Source: Thermoanaerobaculia bacterium
Lineage (GTDB): Bacteria; Acidobacteriota; Thermoanaerobaculia; Multivoradales; UBA5704
Direction of reading: 5' to 3'
Assembly (NCBI GenBank): GCA_044226625.1
Contig: JBGAGQ010000054.1
Location: forward strand, 1-46,377
DNA length: 46,377 nucleotides
Of the stretch, positions 38,501-46,377 are shown piece by piece (position 1 is the first letter of the stretch; every line of letters begins with the position of its first letter). The notes beneath the pieces were generated by a model. It was not told the origin of the DNA. It saw only the letters and a program-made list of their open reading frames with translations, and ran no database searches. The translations under genes were made by a program, and so were the position numbers.

Positions 38501-38614
38501 GCTACCGAGGCCCTCGCCTACAACGGCCTCGTGCAGAGCTGGCCCGAGATCGTTCGGCTAGCCAATGAGAGCCGAGGGGCCGAACGCCAGACAGAACTGT
38601 TCGGGCCGTCATGA
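35552..38614 (+). CDS. DUF1156 amino (probably adenine-specific) DNA methyltransferase
   Basis: KKLIEVALPL, LHLWWARRPLAAARA (DUF1156), motif I DPFAGGG and motif IV TDPPYYDN; GTGA overlap with the upstream gene. Confidence 0.92.
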   Translation: MKTRKKLIEVALPLDLINKASAREKSIRHGHPSTLHLWWARRPLAAARAVIFSQLVDDPLEYVDVLREDPKLRRKAESELKARRKVWEDARAVAEKAKGSGLAIPEPGPEPTLDGVLADQERQRLFKIIEDLVQWENTTNEKVLQAARDEIWQSWRRTCAENADHPRAKELFDRHKLPAFHDPFAGGGTLPLEAQRLGLEAYASDLNPVAVLINKAMIEIPPKFAGQPPVNPEARANPGLHAKPWRGAEGLAEDVRYYGKWMRDEAERRIGHLYPKVEITKEMIEDPSNPRPDLKQYLGKQLTVIAWIWARTVKSPNPAFANVDVPLASTFMLSTKEGKEAYVEPLMARNGYRFTVKVGRPKDAEASKKGTSAGKRTAFKCVMSGTPLPYDYIRLEGQAGRIGTRLMAIVAEGTHGRVYLAPTAEAAALALTAEPNWKPETALPVNPRDFKTPNYGLTTFGDLFTPRQLLALTTFSDLVQEARERLKGDALAADLSEKTKSEGSIGVTAYADGVTLFLGLAISRFADRNNALCTWDSGPAGTRSSTGGSARTASLRNLFSRQAIPMVWDYGEANPFSDSGGGYNSALDWIEPAVRALIGAIAGSATTDNAETQSVSTDKVVSTDPPYYDNIGYADLSDFFYVWLRRSLRPAFPALFTTLAVPKAEELVATPYRHGSNEKAESFFLDGMTQAMRRLAEQAHPAFPVTIYYAFKQAESDGADGTTNTGWDTFLAAVIEAGFAISGTWPMRTELGNRMIGSGTNALASSIVLVCRQLPADAPTATRRELVAALRIELPVALANLQRSNIAPVDLAQAAIGPGMAVFTRYAKVLDAEGKPLEVREALALINQVLDESLAEQEGDFDSDSRWALTWFEQVGFAEGEFGVAEQLSKSKNTSVEGMVEAGILTSKRGKVRLLRPDELPTDWDPVTDPRMSAWEMVHHLVRVLASGGESAAAELVSKLGAKAELARELAYRLYNLCERKKRATEALAYNGLVQSWPEIVRLANESRGAERQTELFGPS

Positions 38615-38672
38615 CGACCTCGTGGCGATGGCGATGAACGACGTGCCCTCACGGGAAGAAGGAATCTGATCC

Positions 38673-41600
38673 GTGGCCATGACCAATCAAGAACGCATCG
38701 GCAAAGCGATCGAGCTTCTTCGCGTCGGGCTCGCGCCTTTCGTGGAACGGGAGATGTTGCGGCCCGGTGCGAATCTCCAACAACGCGAGCAGCGGATGAA
38801 GGGCATCGCCAAAGAAGCCAAGCTCGCCGACAAACCGCTTTCCGAGTGGGACGCCGCCGGGCTGCTTCGGCTCGTCAGCGAAGCCTGGTTCGAAGCGTTC
38901 GCGAGCACGTTGGGTTACGCCGAGCAGGCCCTGGTCACGGAACTGCGGGGCGTGCGTAACGACTGGGCGCACCAGAAGCCGTTTACCAGCGACAACGCCG
39001 ATCGAGCCCTCGATTCGATGGCGCGCCTCTTGACGGCGGTCTCCGCGCCCGAAGCCGACGAAGTGACGAAGATGAGGCTCGACCTTCGTCGTCACGTGTA
39101 CGACGAGCAGGTCCGGGGGGAGAAGCGGAAGGCGGGCGGCTCACTGATCGAAGCGGCCGCTGCCGGCACGCTCAAGCCCTGGCGCGAGGTCGTGACCCCG
39201 CACGCTGACGTGGCGTCCGGCCGTTACCAGCAGGCCGAGTTCGCGGCCGATCTCTGGCAGGTCCACCTGGGCGAAGGATCGGACGAATACCGGAGCCCGA
39301 GAGAATTCTTCCGCCGTACCTATCTCACGGAGAGCCTGCGCCGCCTGCTGGTCGGCGCCATCCAGAGAATCTCCGGCTCGGGCGGCGATCCGGTCGTGCA
39401 GCTGCAGACCAATTTCGGCGGCGGCAAGACCCACTCGATGCTGGCGCTCTACCACCTCTTCTCGGGCACCGAGGCCAAGGAGCTCGCGGGCATCGACAGC
39501 GTGCTCACCGAGGCGGCGGCCCAGAAGCTCCCTCGCGCGAAGCGGGTGGTGCTGGTCGGCAACAAGATCTCGCCGGGGAATCCCGTCACCAAACCCGACG
39601 GCACCGTGGTGCGCACCCTCTGGGGCGAATTGGCCTACCAACTCGGCGGATCCCAGGCGTTCGCCCGCATCGGCGCAGACGACGAGCGAGCGACCAACCC
39701 GGGCGACGCCCTGCGCGAGCTGCTCAAAGAGTACGGCCCCTGCCTGATTTTGATCGACGAGTGGGTCGCGTACGCCCGTCAATTGCACGACCAGAGCGAT
39801 CTGCCGGCCGGTGGCTTCGAGACGCAGTTCACCTTCGCCCAGGCGCTGACCGAATCGGCCAAGCTCGCCGGCAACTGCCTGCTCGTCATCTCGCTCCCCG
39901 CCTCGGATACCTCCGGCTCGCCCCACACCCAAACCGACGACGTCGAGGTCGGCGGAATCCGCGGGCGCGAGGCGCTCGACCGACTGCGCAACGTCGTCGG
40001 ACGGGTCGAGTCGTCTTGGCGGCCGGCGACCGCCGAGGAAGGCTTCGAGATCGTGCGGAGGCGGCTGTTCGAACCGCTGTCCGGACCGGACGCCTGGAAG
40101 CAGCGCGACGTCACCGCGCGCGCTTTCTCCGATCTGTATCAGGCCCAAGCTTCCGAGTTTCCGCCCGAGTGCAAGAGCGGCGACTACGAGAAGCGCATTC
40201 AGGCCGCCTATCCGATCCATCCCGAGATCTTCGACCGGCTCTATACCGACTGGTCGAGCCTTGCCAAGTTCCAACGCACGCGCGGCGTGCTGCGGCTCAT
40301 GGCCTCTGTCATCCACTGCCTTTGGGAGAAGGGAGACAAGAACCCTCTCATCCTCCCCTCGACGATCCCGATCGACGATTCCCGTGTGCAGAGCGAGCTG
40401 ACCCGCTACCTTTCGGATAACTGGGCGCCGATCCTCGAGAAAGACGTCGACGGACCGAGCTCGCTGCCGCTCCGAATCGACGCCGACCAACCGAACCTGG
40501 GAAAGCTCGCCGCCACGCGGCGGGTGGCGCGCACCATCTATCTCGGCTCCGCCCCGACGGCGGCGGCGGCTCATCGCGGGATCGAAGACCGTCGAATCAA
40601 GCTCGGCTGCGTCATGCCGGGAGAGTCCCCCGCGGTTTTCGGCGACGCGCTCCGCCGGCTCGCCGCGACGGCGACCTACCTCTACCAAGAGCCGCCGCAC
40701 TATTGGTATTCAACACAGCCGACGGTGACCAAGATCGCCGAAGACCGTGCGGAGTTGCTCAAGCGCAATCCCGACAAGGCCGCTCAGGAGCTGGACGATC
40801 GGTTGCGCGTCGAGTTGGACAAGGCGCACGATCTGATCCGCATCCACCGGATGCCGAGGACGAGCGGCGACGTACCGGACGATCTCGACGCGCGGATTGT
40901 GGTTCTCTCCTCTGATCATCCCTACACTCGAGAAGCAGGCAACGCCGCGGAAGTCGAAGCGAAGAAGATCTTAGAAACGCGGGGCAACGCGCCGCGCCTC
41001 TATCGCAACACGCTCGTGTTCCTCGCCGCCGACAAGGCCCGCCTACAAGACCTCGACGAGGCGATCCGAAAGTTCCTGGCCTGGAAAGGGATTCTCGAGG
41101 AGAAAAAGGCGCTCAACCTCGATCCGCATCAGGAGGGCCAGGCCCAGACCCAGAAGCAGATCGCGGATGGCGCCGTCGCGGCACAGCTACCGGAGACCTA
41201 CCAATGGCTATTGGTGCCGGAACAGGCCAACCCACAGGCGCCTACGACCTGGCAGGCGGTCCGACTGAATCCAGGCGACTCCCTTGTCGCGCGTGTGACC
41301 AAGAAGCTCCAAAGGGAAGAGCTCCTGCTGGGCAGCTTGGGACCGATCATCCTGCGCAAGCACCTCGATGAGGTGCCCCTCTGGCGCGGGGAGCACGCGC
41401 CGGTTCGGTTGCTGGTCGAAGATTTCGCCCGGTACCTCTACCTGCCTCGCCTCGCCGGACCGGAGGTGCTTGTCCAGGCGATCCGCGATGGCCTGACGCT
41501 CACCAACTGGCCGGCGGATTCCTTCGCCTACGCCGAAAGCTACGATGAGAGCGCCAGCCGCTACCGGGGTTTGCGCGCCGGGCAATCGGCAACCGTCACC

Positions 41601-42011
41601 CAGGAGAGCCTAAGCCTCCTGGTCCGATCGGACGTCGCCCGGCGTCAGCTCGAAGAAGAGACGGCCGCCGCGGCGCTCCGATCGCAAGTGTCGGGAGAAC
41701 CGTCAACACCCACCTCCCCGCTCTCCCCGACGCCTACGCTCTCGCTCAGCGAATCCACACCCCCTCCGCCGCCGCGTCCACGCCGCTTCCATGGCACCGT
41801 GCGCCTCGACCCCGCCCGCGTAGGGCGCGACGCCAGCCGCATCGCTGACGAGGTCATCGCCCACCTCGCAGGGCAAGTCAATGCCGAGGTGACGATCACC
41901 CTGGAGATCGAGGCGTTCCTCCCGGACGGCGCGTCGGAACAAACGGTGCGCACGGTGACGGAAAACAGCAGGACATTGCGGTTCGATAGCCAGGGCTTCG
42001 AGCGGGAGTGA
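38673..42011 (+). CDS. Swt1-like HEPN + DUF499 AAA+ ATPase
   Basis: N-terminal ELRGVRNDWAH (HEPN R-X4-H); LKPWREVVTPHADV, Walker A TNFGGGKTHS, Walker B ILIDEW, AYPIHPE and FQRTRGVLRLMA. Confidence 0.9.
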   Translation: MAMTNQERIGKAIELLRVGLAPFVEREMLRPGANLQQREQRMKGIAKEAKLADKPLSEWDAAGLLRLVSEAWFEAFASTLGYAEQALVTELRGVRNDWAHQKPFTSDNADRALDSMARLLTAVSAPEADEVTKMRLDLRRHVYDEQVRGEKRKAGGSLIEAAAAGTLKPWREVVTPHADVASGRYQQAEFAADLWQVHLGEGSDEYRSPREFFRRTYLTESLRRLLVGAIQRISGSGGDPVVQLQTNFGGGKTHSMLALYHLFSGTEAKELAGIDSVLTEAAAQKLPRAKRVVLVGNKISPGNPVTKPDGTVVRTLWGELAYQLGGSQAFARIGADDERATNPGDALRELLKEYGPCLILIDEWVAYARQLHDQSDLPAGGFETQFTFAQALTESAKLAGNCLLVISLPASDTSGSPHTQTDDVEVGGIRGREALDRLRNVVGRVESSWRPATAEEGFEIVRRRLFEPLSGPDAWKQRDVTARAFSDLYQAQASEFPPECKSGDYEKRIQAAYPIHPEIFDRLYTDWSSLAKFQRTRGVLRLMASVIHCLWEKGDKNPLILPSTIPIDDSRVQSELTRYLSDNWAPILEKDVDGPSSLPLRIDADQPNLGKLAATRRVARTIYLGSAPTAAAAHRGIEDRRIKLGCVMPGESPAVFGDALRRLAATATYLYQEPPHYWYSTQPTVTKIAEDRAELLKRNPDKAAQELDDRLRVELDKAHDLIRIHRMPRTSGDVPDDLDARIVVLSSDHPYTREAGNAAEVEAKKILETRGNAPRLYRNTLVFLAADKARLQDLDEAIRKFLAWKGILEEKKALNLDPHQEGQAQTQKQIADGAVAAQLPETYQWLLVPEQANPQAPTTWQAVRLNPGDSLVARVTKKLQREELLLGSLGPIILRKHLDEVPLWRGEHAPVRLLVEDFARYLYLPRLAGPEVLVQAIRDGLTLTNWPADSFAYAESYDESASRYRGLRAGQSATVTQESLSLLVRSDVARRQLEEETAAAALRSQVSGEPSTPTSPLSPTPTLSLSESTPPPPPRPRRFHGTVRLDPARVGRDASRIADEVIAHLAGQVNAEVTITLEIEAFLPDGASEQTVRTVTENSRTLRFDSQGFERE

Positions 42012-42228
42012 TGGCAAGCGACGAGAGCCACGGGAAGATCTCGCACCAAGTCGAGCTCACCTAGGGCCGGGTGTTCTCTGAACAGCCATCAAGCCAAGGC
42101 CATTGTCGATCTTTAGCGCAAGCATGGCGTCCAGGGACGCGGCTCGGAATTCCTTTGCTGATTCCGTCTCATCAAGCCAAAGAAGCCCGCTGCTGCGGAG
42201 CTTTGAATACAACCTGAGGGGACTATCG

Positions 42229-42702
42229 ATGCCTGATGGAATTTCGATCAATGACGCTCTCGTCTTCCTTCTAGGCGCGGTGGGTTTGGTGTGGTACTAC
42301 CTTTGCCTGTTCTCAGTGGGTTTGAAGCCCTCAGGCGAGCAGCCAAGCAATTTCAGGCAATTTGAGACTCTCTCCATTACGACGATCAGCGTCTCTCTCG
42401 CAACCTTCGTCGGAAGCTTGCTCGGCCTGAAAACAGCGGCGACCCAGGTGATCGAGGATAACTCTCAGGCTCTCCAGGCACCGCCGCCCGTGGCGGTGTC
42501 GATCTTCAAGCAATTCACATCCAACTTGTCGGTCAGCGATCTCCAATGGGCCTGCGCCGGGCTCTATGTGCTGTCGCTACTGCTTGCGATCGCGTTCTGG
42601 GCTCGCGGGCGGGACAAAACGGATCCTGCCATCAGTAACCTTGGCAAATCGCTCCTCGGCCTAGTTGGAGGGGCGTTGGCTATCGCCCTGAAGGCACGGT
42701 AA
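42229..42702 (+). CDS. Hypothetical 4-TM membrane protein
   Basis: ATG at 42229 with a GAGGGG RBS; four hydrophobic segments; codon usage is visibly less GC-biased than flanking genes. Confidence 0.65.
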   Translation: MPDGISINDALVFLLGAVGLVWYYLCLFSVGLKPSGEQPSNFRQFETLSITTISVSLATFVGSLLGLKTAATQVIEDNSQALQAPPPVAVSIFKQFTSNLSVSDLQWACAGLYVLSLLLAIAFWARGRDKTDPAISNLGKSLLGLVGGALAIALKAR

Positions 42703-42801
42703 GGGCAGCAGCAGCAGATCCCTAACACACTTGCGCAACGCCTGTGTCTCCTGACCCAGACCTGGGAGCCAGCTCATGGCTCCCGCAACCAGGAGACCTC
42801 G

Positions 42802-43545
42802 ATGAGAACGTTTTTCTTTCGTGCATTGACCTGTTGTCTGTTGGCGTTGAGCTTCCAGATGCCGAGCTTCGCCCTCGAACGGAGTATTCCCTTGGCGAGC
42901 GAGGAGGCCTTCTTGGCCGCGCTCGGCGATCGAGCGGTCCCCGTCGCTCCGGGGGTCTATGAATTCGAGGCGGCCGGCGGGGACAAGGTGAGGGTCGCCT
43001 TCGGCGACGCGGGCCGGCGGTTCGACCGGGAGCGGTTCGAAAAGGAGCTGGCCGAGCTCGAAGCGGTGCTCGCGCGCACCGACGATCCTTCGCGCGAGAT
43101 GCTGCGCGAGCGGCACCGGCTCGAAGATCTGATCGCCGGCTTGCAGACCCCCATCGTCCGCGCGGCGGTCACGGGCTGGACCTGCCCGGGAACCGCGCTC
43201 CAGTACCCCTACTCCCTGGACGGGAGCCTTTCGAGTGGCGTGGTCACCGCGAAGGCGAGCGTGGGCATCGGAGTCGACTTCAGCCCCCGTCCTTCCCGGT
43301 ATCCGAACCGCTACGCCGACTCGTACGCCACGGCCTATCGAGGGCAGTTCTGCCTCGAAACGACGGTCACCGCGTCCGATTCCATCACGAACGGCGCACT
43401 GGGAATCGCAAGCGCCACCGCCTCGGCGTCCTGCTCCGGAACCTGCGTCGCCTGGGAGACCTTCAGCGAGGTGACGGAATCCGGCTGCACCGATGGCTAC
43501 CGCTCGCTCTACCGCTGGGGCGGCACCCTCGCGAACTGTCCGTAA
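42802..43545 (+). CDS. Secreted hypothetical protein with coiled coil and Cys-rich C-terminal domain
   Basis: AGGAG RBS; signal peptide ending SFA|L; ERFEKELAELEAVL coiled coil; six Cys in the C-terminal half. Confidence 0.72.
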   Translation: MRTFFFRALTCCLLALSFQMPSFALERSIPLASEEAFLAALGDRAVPVAPGVYEFEAAGGDKVRVAFGDAGRRFDRERFEKELAELEAVLARTDDPSREMLRERHRLEDLIAGLQTPIVRAAVTGWTCPGTALQYPYSLDGSLSSGVVTAKASVGIGVDFSPRPSRYPNRYADSYATAYRGQFCLETTVTASDSITNGALGIASATASASCSGTCVAWETFSEVTESGCTDGYRSLYRWGGTLANCP

Positions 43546-43663
43546 TCGCGATCTGATCCTCGATCACTCGCCGGGCCGGCCCGATGGGTCGGTTCGGCGG
43601 GATCCGAGCGCGATCGATCCGAAAGCGCCGCCGCCAGCGCTTCGATGGCGAGGGTCCGAGTCC

Positions 43664-44010
43664 GATAGCGGATATACGCCGCCGATACGAGAATCGTGGG
43701 CACAGGAAGCCGCTATACGCCGCCGATAGCCGCTTTACGCGTCGCAAAAATCATTATCTGCGCCAGATAGCCGCTTTACGCCGCCGAGAAATCATTATCC
43801 ACGCCAGATAGCCGCTTTACGCCGCCGAGAAATCACTATCCACGCCAGATAGCCGCTTCCCAGGCCAGATAGCCGCTTCCCACGGCAAGAAAATCATTAT
43901 CCGCGCCAGATAGCGGCTTTACGCGGCCGAAAAACCGCGATCGACGCTCTAGAGAAAGCTATCCGGTCCAGATCGCCGCTATCGGAACGGATAGCCGCTA
44001 TCCAGTTGGA
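43664..44010. repeat. Non-coding tandem array of 41-bp (20+21) units
   Basis: Core GATAGCCGCT recurs at 43725, 43766, 43807, 43848 and 43868, with a one-mismatch copy at 43909 and degenerate copies on both sides. Consensus GATAGCCGCTTTACGCCGCCGAGAAATCATTATCCACGCCA. Confidence 0.85.
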
Positions 44011-44208
44011 AAAGCGCGATTTAGGCCCGAGTACGGCGATCCGGGACCGAAAGCGCGACGGAGCCCGCGGAACGCTTCTCGAACGCGGAATTCGGCGCGA
44101 GGCGATGCCGACAGCCGCTTCTTCCGGCGGGGGAACCTACCACCCGGCGGGCGCGTGGCGTATCGTCTCGCTCGTCATCCCGATTTCGCTCTGCGGAGGA
44201 ATCTACCG

Positions 44209-46008
44209 ATGCCCGCTTCGAGTTGTGGCCGCCGCGCCCGGCGGGGCCTTTTCGCCCTGGGATTCGCGCTCGCCTCGCTTTCGACCGCCGCCGCGCGTGC
44301 GGCGGACTCGCCTCCGGAGGTCGACCTCGTTTGGGGGGCGAAGATCCCGATGCGCGACGGCGTGCGCCTGAACGCGACGATCTACCGGCCGCGCGGGCAG
44401 AAGGAGGCGCTGCCGGTCGTCTTCACTTTGACGCCCTACATCGCCGACAGCTACCACGAGCGGGCGATGTACTTCGCGCGGCACGGCTATGTCTTCGCCC
44501 TCGTCGACGTGCGCGGGCGCGGCAGCTCGGAGGGGACGTTCGATCCGTTCGCGCAGGAGGACCGCGACGGCTACGACGTCGTCGAGTGGCTCGCCAAGCA
44601 GCCGTTCGCGAACGGCAAGGTGGCGATGTGGGGAGGGTCCTACGCCGGCTTCGACCAGTGGGCGACGGCGAAGGAGCTGCCGCCGCACCTCGCGACGATC
44701 GTGCCGGCGGCCTCGGCGCATCCGGGGATCGATTTTCCCTTCGACCACAACGTCTTCTACCCGTACGACGTGCAATGGCTCACCTTCACGAGCGGCAAGA
44801 CCGGCAACGGCAACCTGTTCGGCGAGAGCGAGTTCTGGTTCTCGAAGTTCAAGGAGCTGTACCTGTCCGGCCGGCCGTTCGCCGATCTCGACGACATCGT
44901 GGGCAATCCCCTGCCGGTCTTCGACCGCTGGCTCGCCCATCCGCATCCGGACGCGTTCTGGGACGCGATGGTCCCCACGCCGGAGCAGTTCGCGAAGATC
45001 TCGATCCCGATCCTCACCATCACCGGCCACTACGACGGCGACCAGCAGGGGGCGTTCGCGTTCTACCGCGACCACATGAAGTACGGCAGCGAGAAAGCCA
45101 AGGCGAGCCACTACCTGATCGTCGGCCCGTGGGACCACGCCGGGACGCGGACGCCGAACCCGAAGTTCGGGGGGCTCGAATTCGGACCGGGGAGCGTGCT
45201 CGACCTCAACGCGCTGCACAAGGAGTGGTACGACTGGACGATGAAGGGGGGCCCGAAGCCGAAGTTCCTGGAGAAGCGGGTCGCCTGGTACACGCCGCCG
45301 GGGGACGGCTGGCGCTACGCCGATTCGGTCGAGGAGATCTCGAAAGAGACGCGCACGCTCTTCCTCGGCTCGGACGGCGCGCCGGGGGCGGCGACCGACG
45401 CGTTCCACGCCGGGCGCCTCGCGACCGAGGCGACGCAGAGCGGAGGCGATGCCTACGTCTACGACCCGAAAGACCTGCGCTCGGTCGCTTGGGAAACCGC
45501 CGACGTCGAGGACTTCCTCACCGACCAGTCGGGGACGATGCGCCTCGCGGGCAACGGCCTGGTCTACGTCTCGGCGCCCTTCGCCGAAGCGACGACGATC
45601 ACCGGCTGGCCGCGCGTTTCGGCCTGGATCGCGCTCGACGCTCCGGACGTCGACTTCTACGTCTCGCTCCACGAGGTCCTGCCGAGCGGCAAGAGCATCC
45701 AGCTCTCCGCCGCCCAAGGGCGCGCCCGATACCGCGAGTCGGTCCGCGAGGAGAAGCTCGTCCAGACGACCGAGCCGCTCCTCTACACCTTTGACACCTT
45801 CACCTTCTTCTCCCGCGAGATCGCGGCGGGGAGCCGCCTGCGCCTGGTGATCACCAGTCCGAACACGATCGGAGTCCAGAAGAACTACGCCGGAGGGGGC
45901 GTGGTGGCGAAAGAGTCGATCCAGGATGCCCGAACGGTCCGCGTCCGGCTGGTCCACGACCGCGAGCACCCGAGCCGGCTGGAGCTGCCGGTGGCGGGGC
46001 CGCGGTAG
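44209..46008 (+). CDS. CocE/NonD family hydrolase (peptidase S15-like)
   Basis: ATG at 44209 with a GGAGGA RBS; signal peptide; IPMRDGVRL, DVRGRGSSEG, nucleophile GGSYAG, GHYD, GPWDH and C-terminal HPSRLELP. Confidence 0.92.
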   Translation: MPASSCGRRARRGLFALGFALASLSTAAARAADSPPEVDLVWGAKIPMRDGVRLNATIYRPRGQKEALPVVFTLTPYIADSYHERAMYFARHGYVFALVDVRGRGSSEGTFDPFAQEDRDGYDVVEWLAKQPFANGKVAMWGGSYAGFDQWATAKELPPHLATIVPAASAHPGIDFPFDHNVFYPYDVQWLTFTSGKTGNGNLFGESEFWFSKFKELYLSGRPFADLDDIVGNPLPVFDRWLAHPHPDAFWDAMVPTPEQFAKISIPILTITGHYDGDQQGAFAFYRDHMKYGSEKAKASHYLIVGPWDHAGTRTPNPKFGGLEFGPGSVLDLNALHKEWYDWTMKGGPKPKFLEKRVAWYTPPGDGWRYADSVEEISKETRTLFLGSDGAPGAATDAFHAGRLATEATQSGGDAYVYDPKDLRSVAWETADVEDFLTDQSGTMRLAGNGLVYVSAPFAEATTITGWPRVSAWIALDAPDVDFYVSLHEVLPSGKSIQLSAAQGRARYRESVREEKLVQTTEPLLYTFDTFTFFSREIAAGSRLRLVITSPNTIGVQKNYAGGGVVAKESIQDARTVRVRLVHDREHPSRLELPVAGPR

Positions 46009-46184
46009 GCCCCCCTCCTGGCCTCCCCCCGCAAGCGGGGGGAGGGACGGTTCGCCGAGAGGTTCGAGAGGTCCGAAGTTGGAGTCGGTGCGCCGGACTT
46101 GCAGAAGCCTGGCCGCTTCAGATCACGCGCGTCCCTACCGCAGGAGCCTCGTCCCCCGCTTGCGGGGGAGGATCAAGGTGGGGG
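46009..46184. repeat. Inverted pair of REP-like palindromes (REPIN-like)
   Basis: CCTCCCCCCGCAAGCGGGGGGAGG (about 46022-46045) and the inverted copy TCCCCCGCTTGCGGGGGAGG...GGTGGGGG (about 46152-46184). Confidence 0.7.
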
Positions 46185-46231
46185 CGCCGGGGTTTCCCCA
46201 TCCCCCCTTGGCGTGGCATGATCCAGGCACG

Positions 46232-46377
46232 ATGAGCGAGATCAGCTACAACGAGACGGAAGTCCGCAGCTACCTGCCGAACGGCTGGCACCTCCGCTGG
46301 GACGGCGGCCGGTGGGACGAGAAGGCCGATACCTGGAAGACGTCGGTGATCGACAACGTCGATTTCGACTGGCAGCT
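46232..46377 (+). CDS. Hypothetical protein (runs off the window end)
   Basis: Open frame MSEISYNETEVRSYLPNGWHLRWDGGRWDEKADTWKTSVIDNVDFDWQ... with strong GC3 bias. Confidence 0.6.
   Translation, partial: MSEISYNETEVRSYLPNGWHLRWDGGRWDEKADTWKTSVIDNVDFDWQ

Noticed and set aside
30283-42011. BREX, DISARM or type III R-M assignment
   Set aside because: No PglZ, BrxC/PglY, DrmA/DrmB or Res/Mod signatures were recognised; the motifs fit DUF1156/DUF499/SNF2.
42011-42064. 17-aa ORF (MASDESHGKISHQVELT) overlapping the DUF499 stop
   Set aside because: Too short and featureless to support; it could be a gene remnant.
30082-42800. Integrative element with att sites
   Set aside because: No integrase, transposase, tRNA or convincing flanking direct repeat was found by eye; only the compositional shift suggests horizontal origin.
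43664-44010. CRISPR array
   Set aside because: The segments between repeats are themselves near-identical, so there are no unique spacers, and no cas genes are in the window.
46214-46229. Second sigma54 promoter (TGGCATGATCCAGGCA)
   Set aside because: It has GG-N10-GC spacing but lacks TTGC and lies too close to the ATG at 46232; an extended -10 element is more plausible.

Overview
A high-GC bacterial chromosomal window; the gene content suggests Acidobacteriota/Thermoanaerobaculia, which is an inference. No rRNA, tRNA, CRISPR array, integrase or transposase was seen. Most long ORFs in the supplied track are GC-rich shadow ORFs; about 30 real genes can be supported. The window has five blocks. 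(1) 1-4.4 kb: a partial Calx-beta protein, a J-domain/TPR protein, an esterase, an RlmA-like methyltransferase and an isoaspartyl peptidase. (2) 4.5-8.9 kb, minus strand: a GAF/sigma54 activator, tandem UAS-like palindromes, a -24/-12 promoter, an unannotated 51-aa hydrophobic ORF and rsbW-rsbV-rsbU, with no alternative sigma factor in the window. (3) 9-27 kb: a two-module glycosyltransferase, a TauE/SafE gene with an in-frame palindromic insert, and a secreted operon. That operon encodes a giant Ig-repeat protein with a lysozyme/SLT-like C-terminal tip, a putative immunity protein, an Ig/TSP3/LVIVD partner and a Tat-exported vanadium haloperoxidase, and it converges on an S8 protease. (4) 28-42.7 kb: a zeta-like ATPase pair, a BNR lipoprotein and a defence locus (SNF2-DUF3883, GmrSD-like DUF262/DUF1524, DUF1156 methylase, Swt1-HEPN/DUF499 ATPase, 4-TM protein). 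(5) 42.8-46.4 kb: a secreted protein, a non-coding 41-bp (20+21) tandem array, a CocE/NonD hydrolase and a REP pair. The best candidates for undescribed systems are the putative polymorphic-toxin operon, the sigma54-driven small-protein/partner-switching module and the RL-like + GmrSD + HEPN defence cassette. All family calls come from motif recognition, not from database searches.
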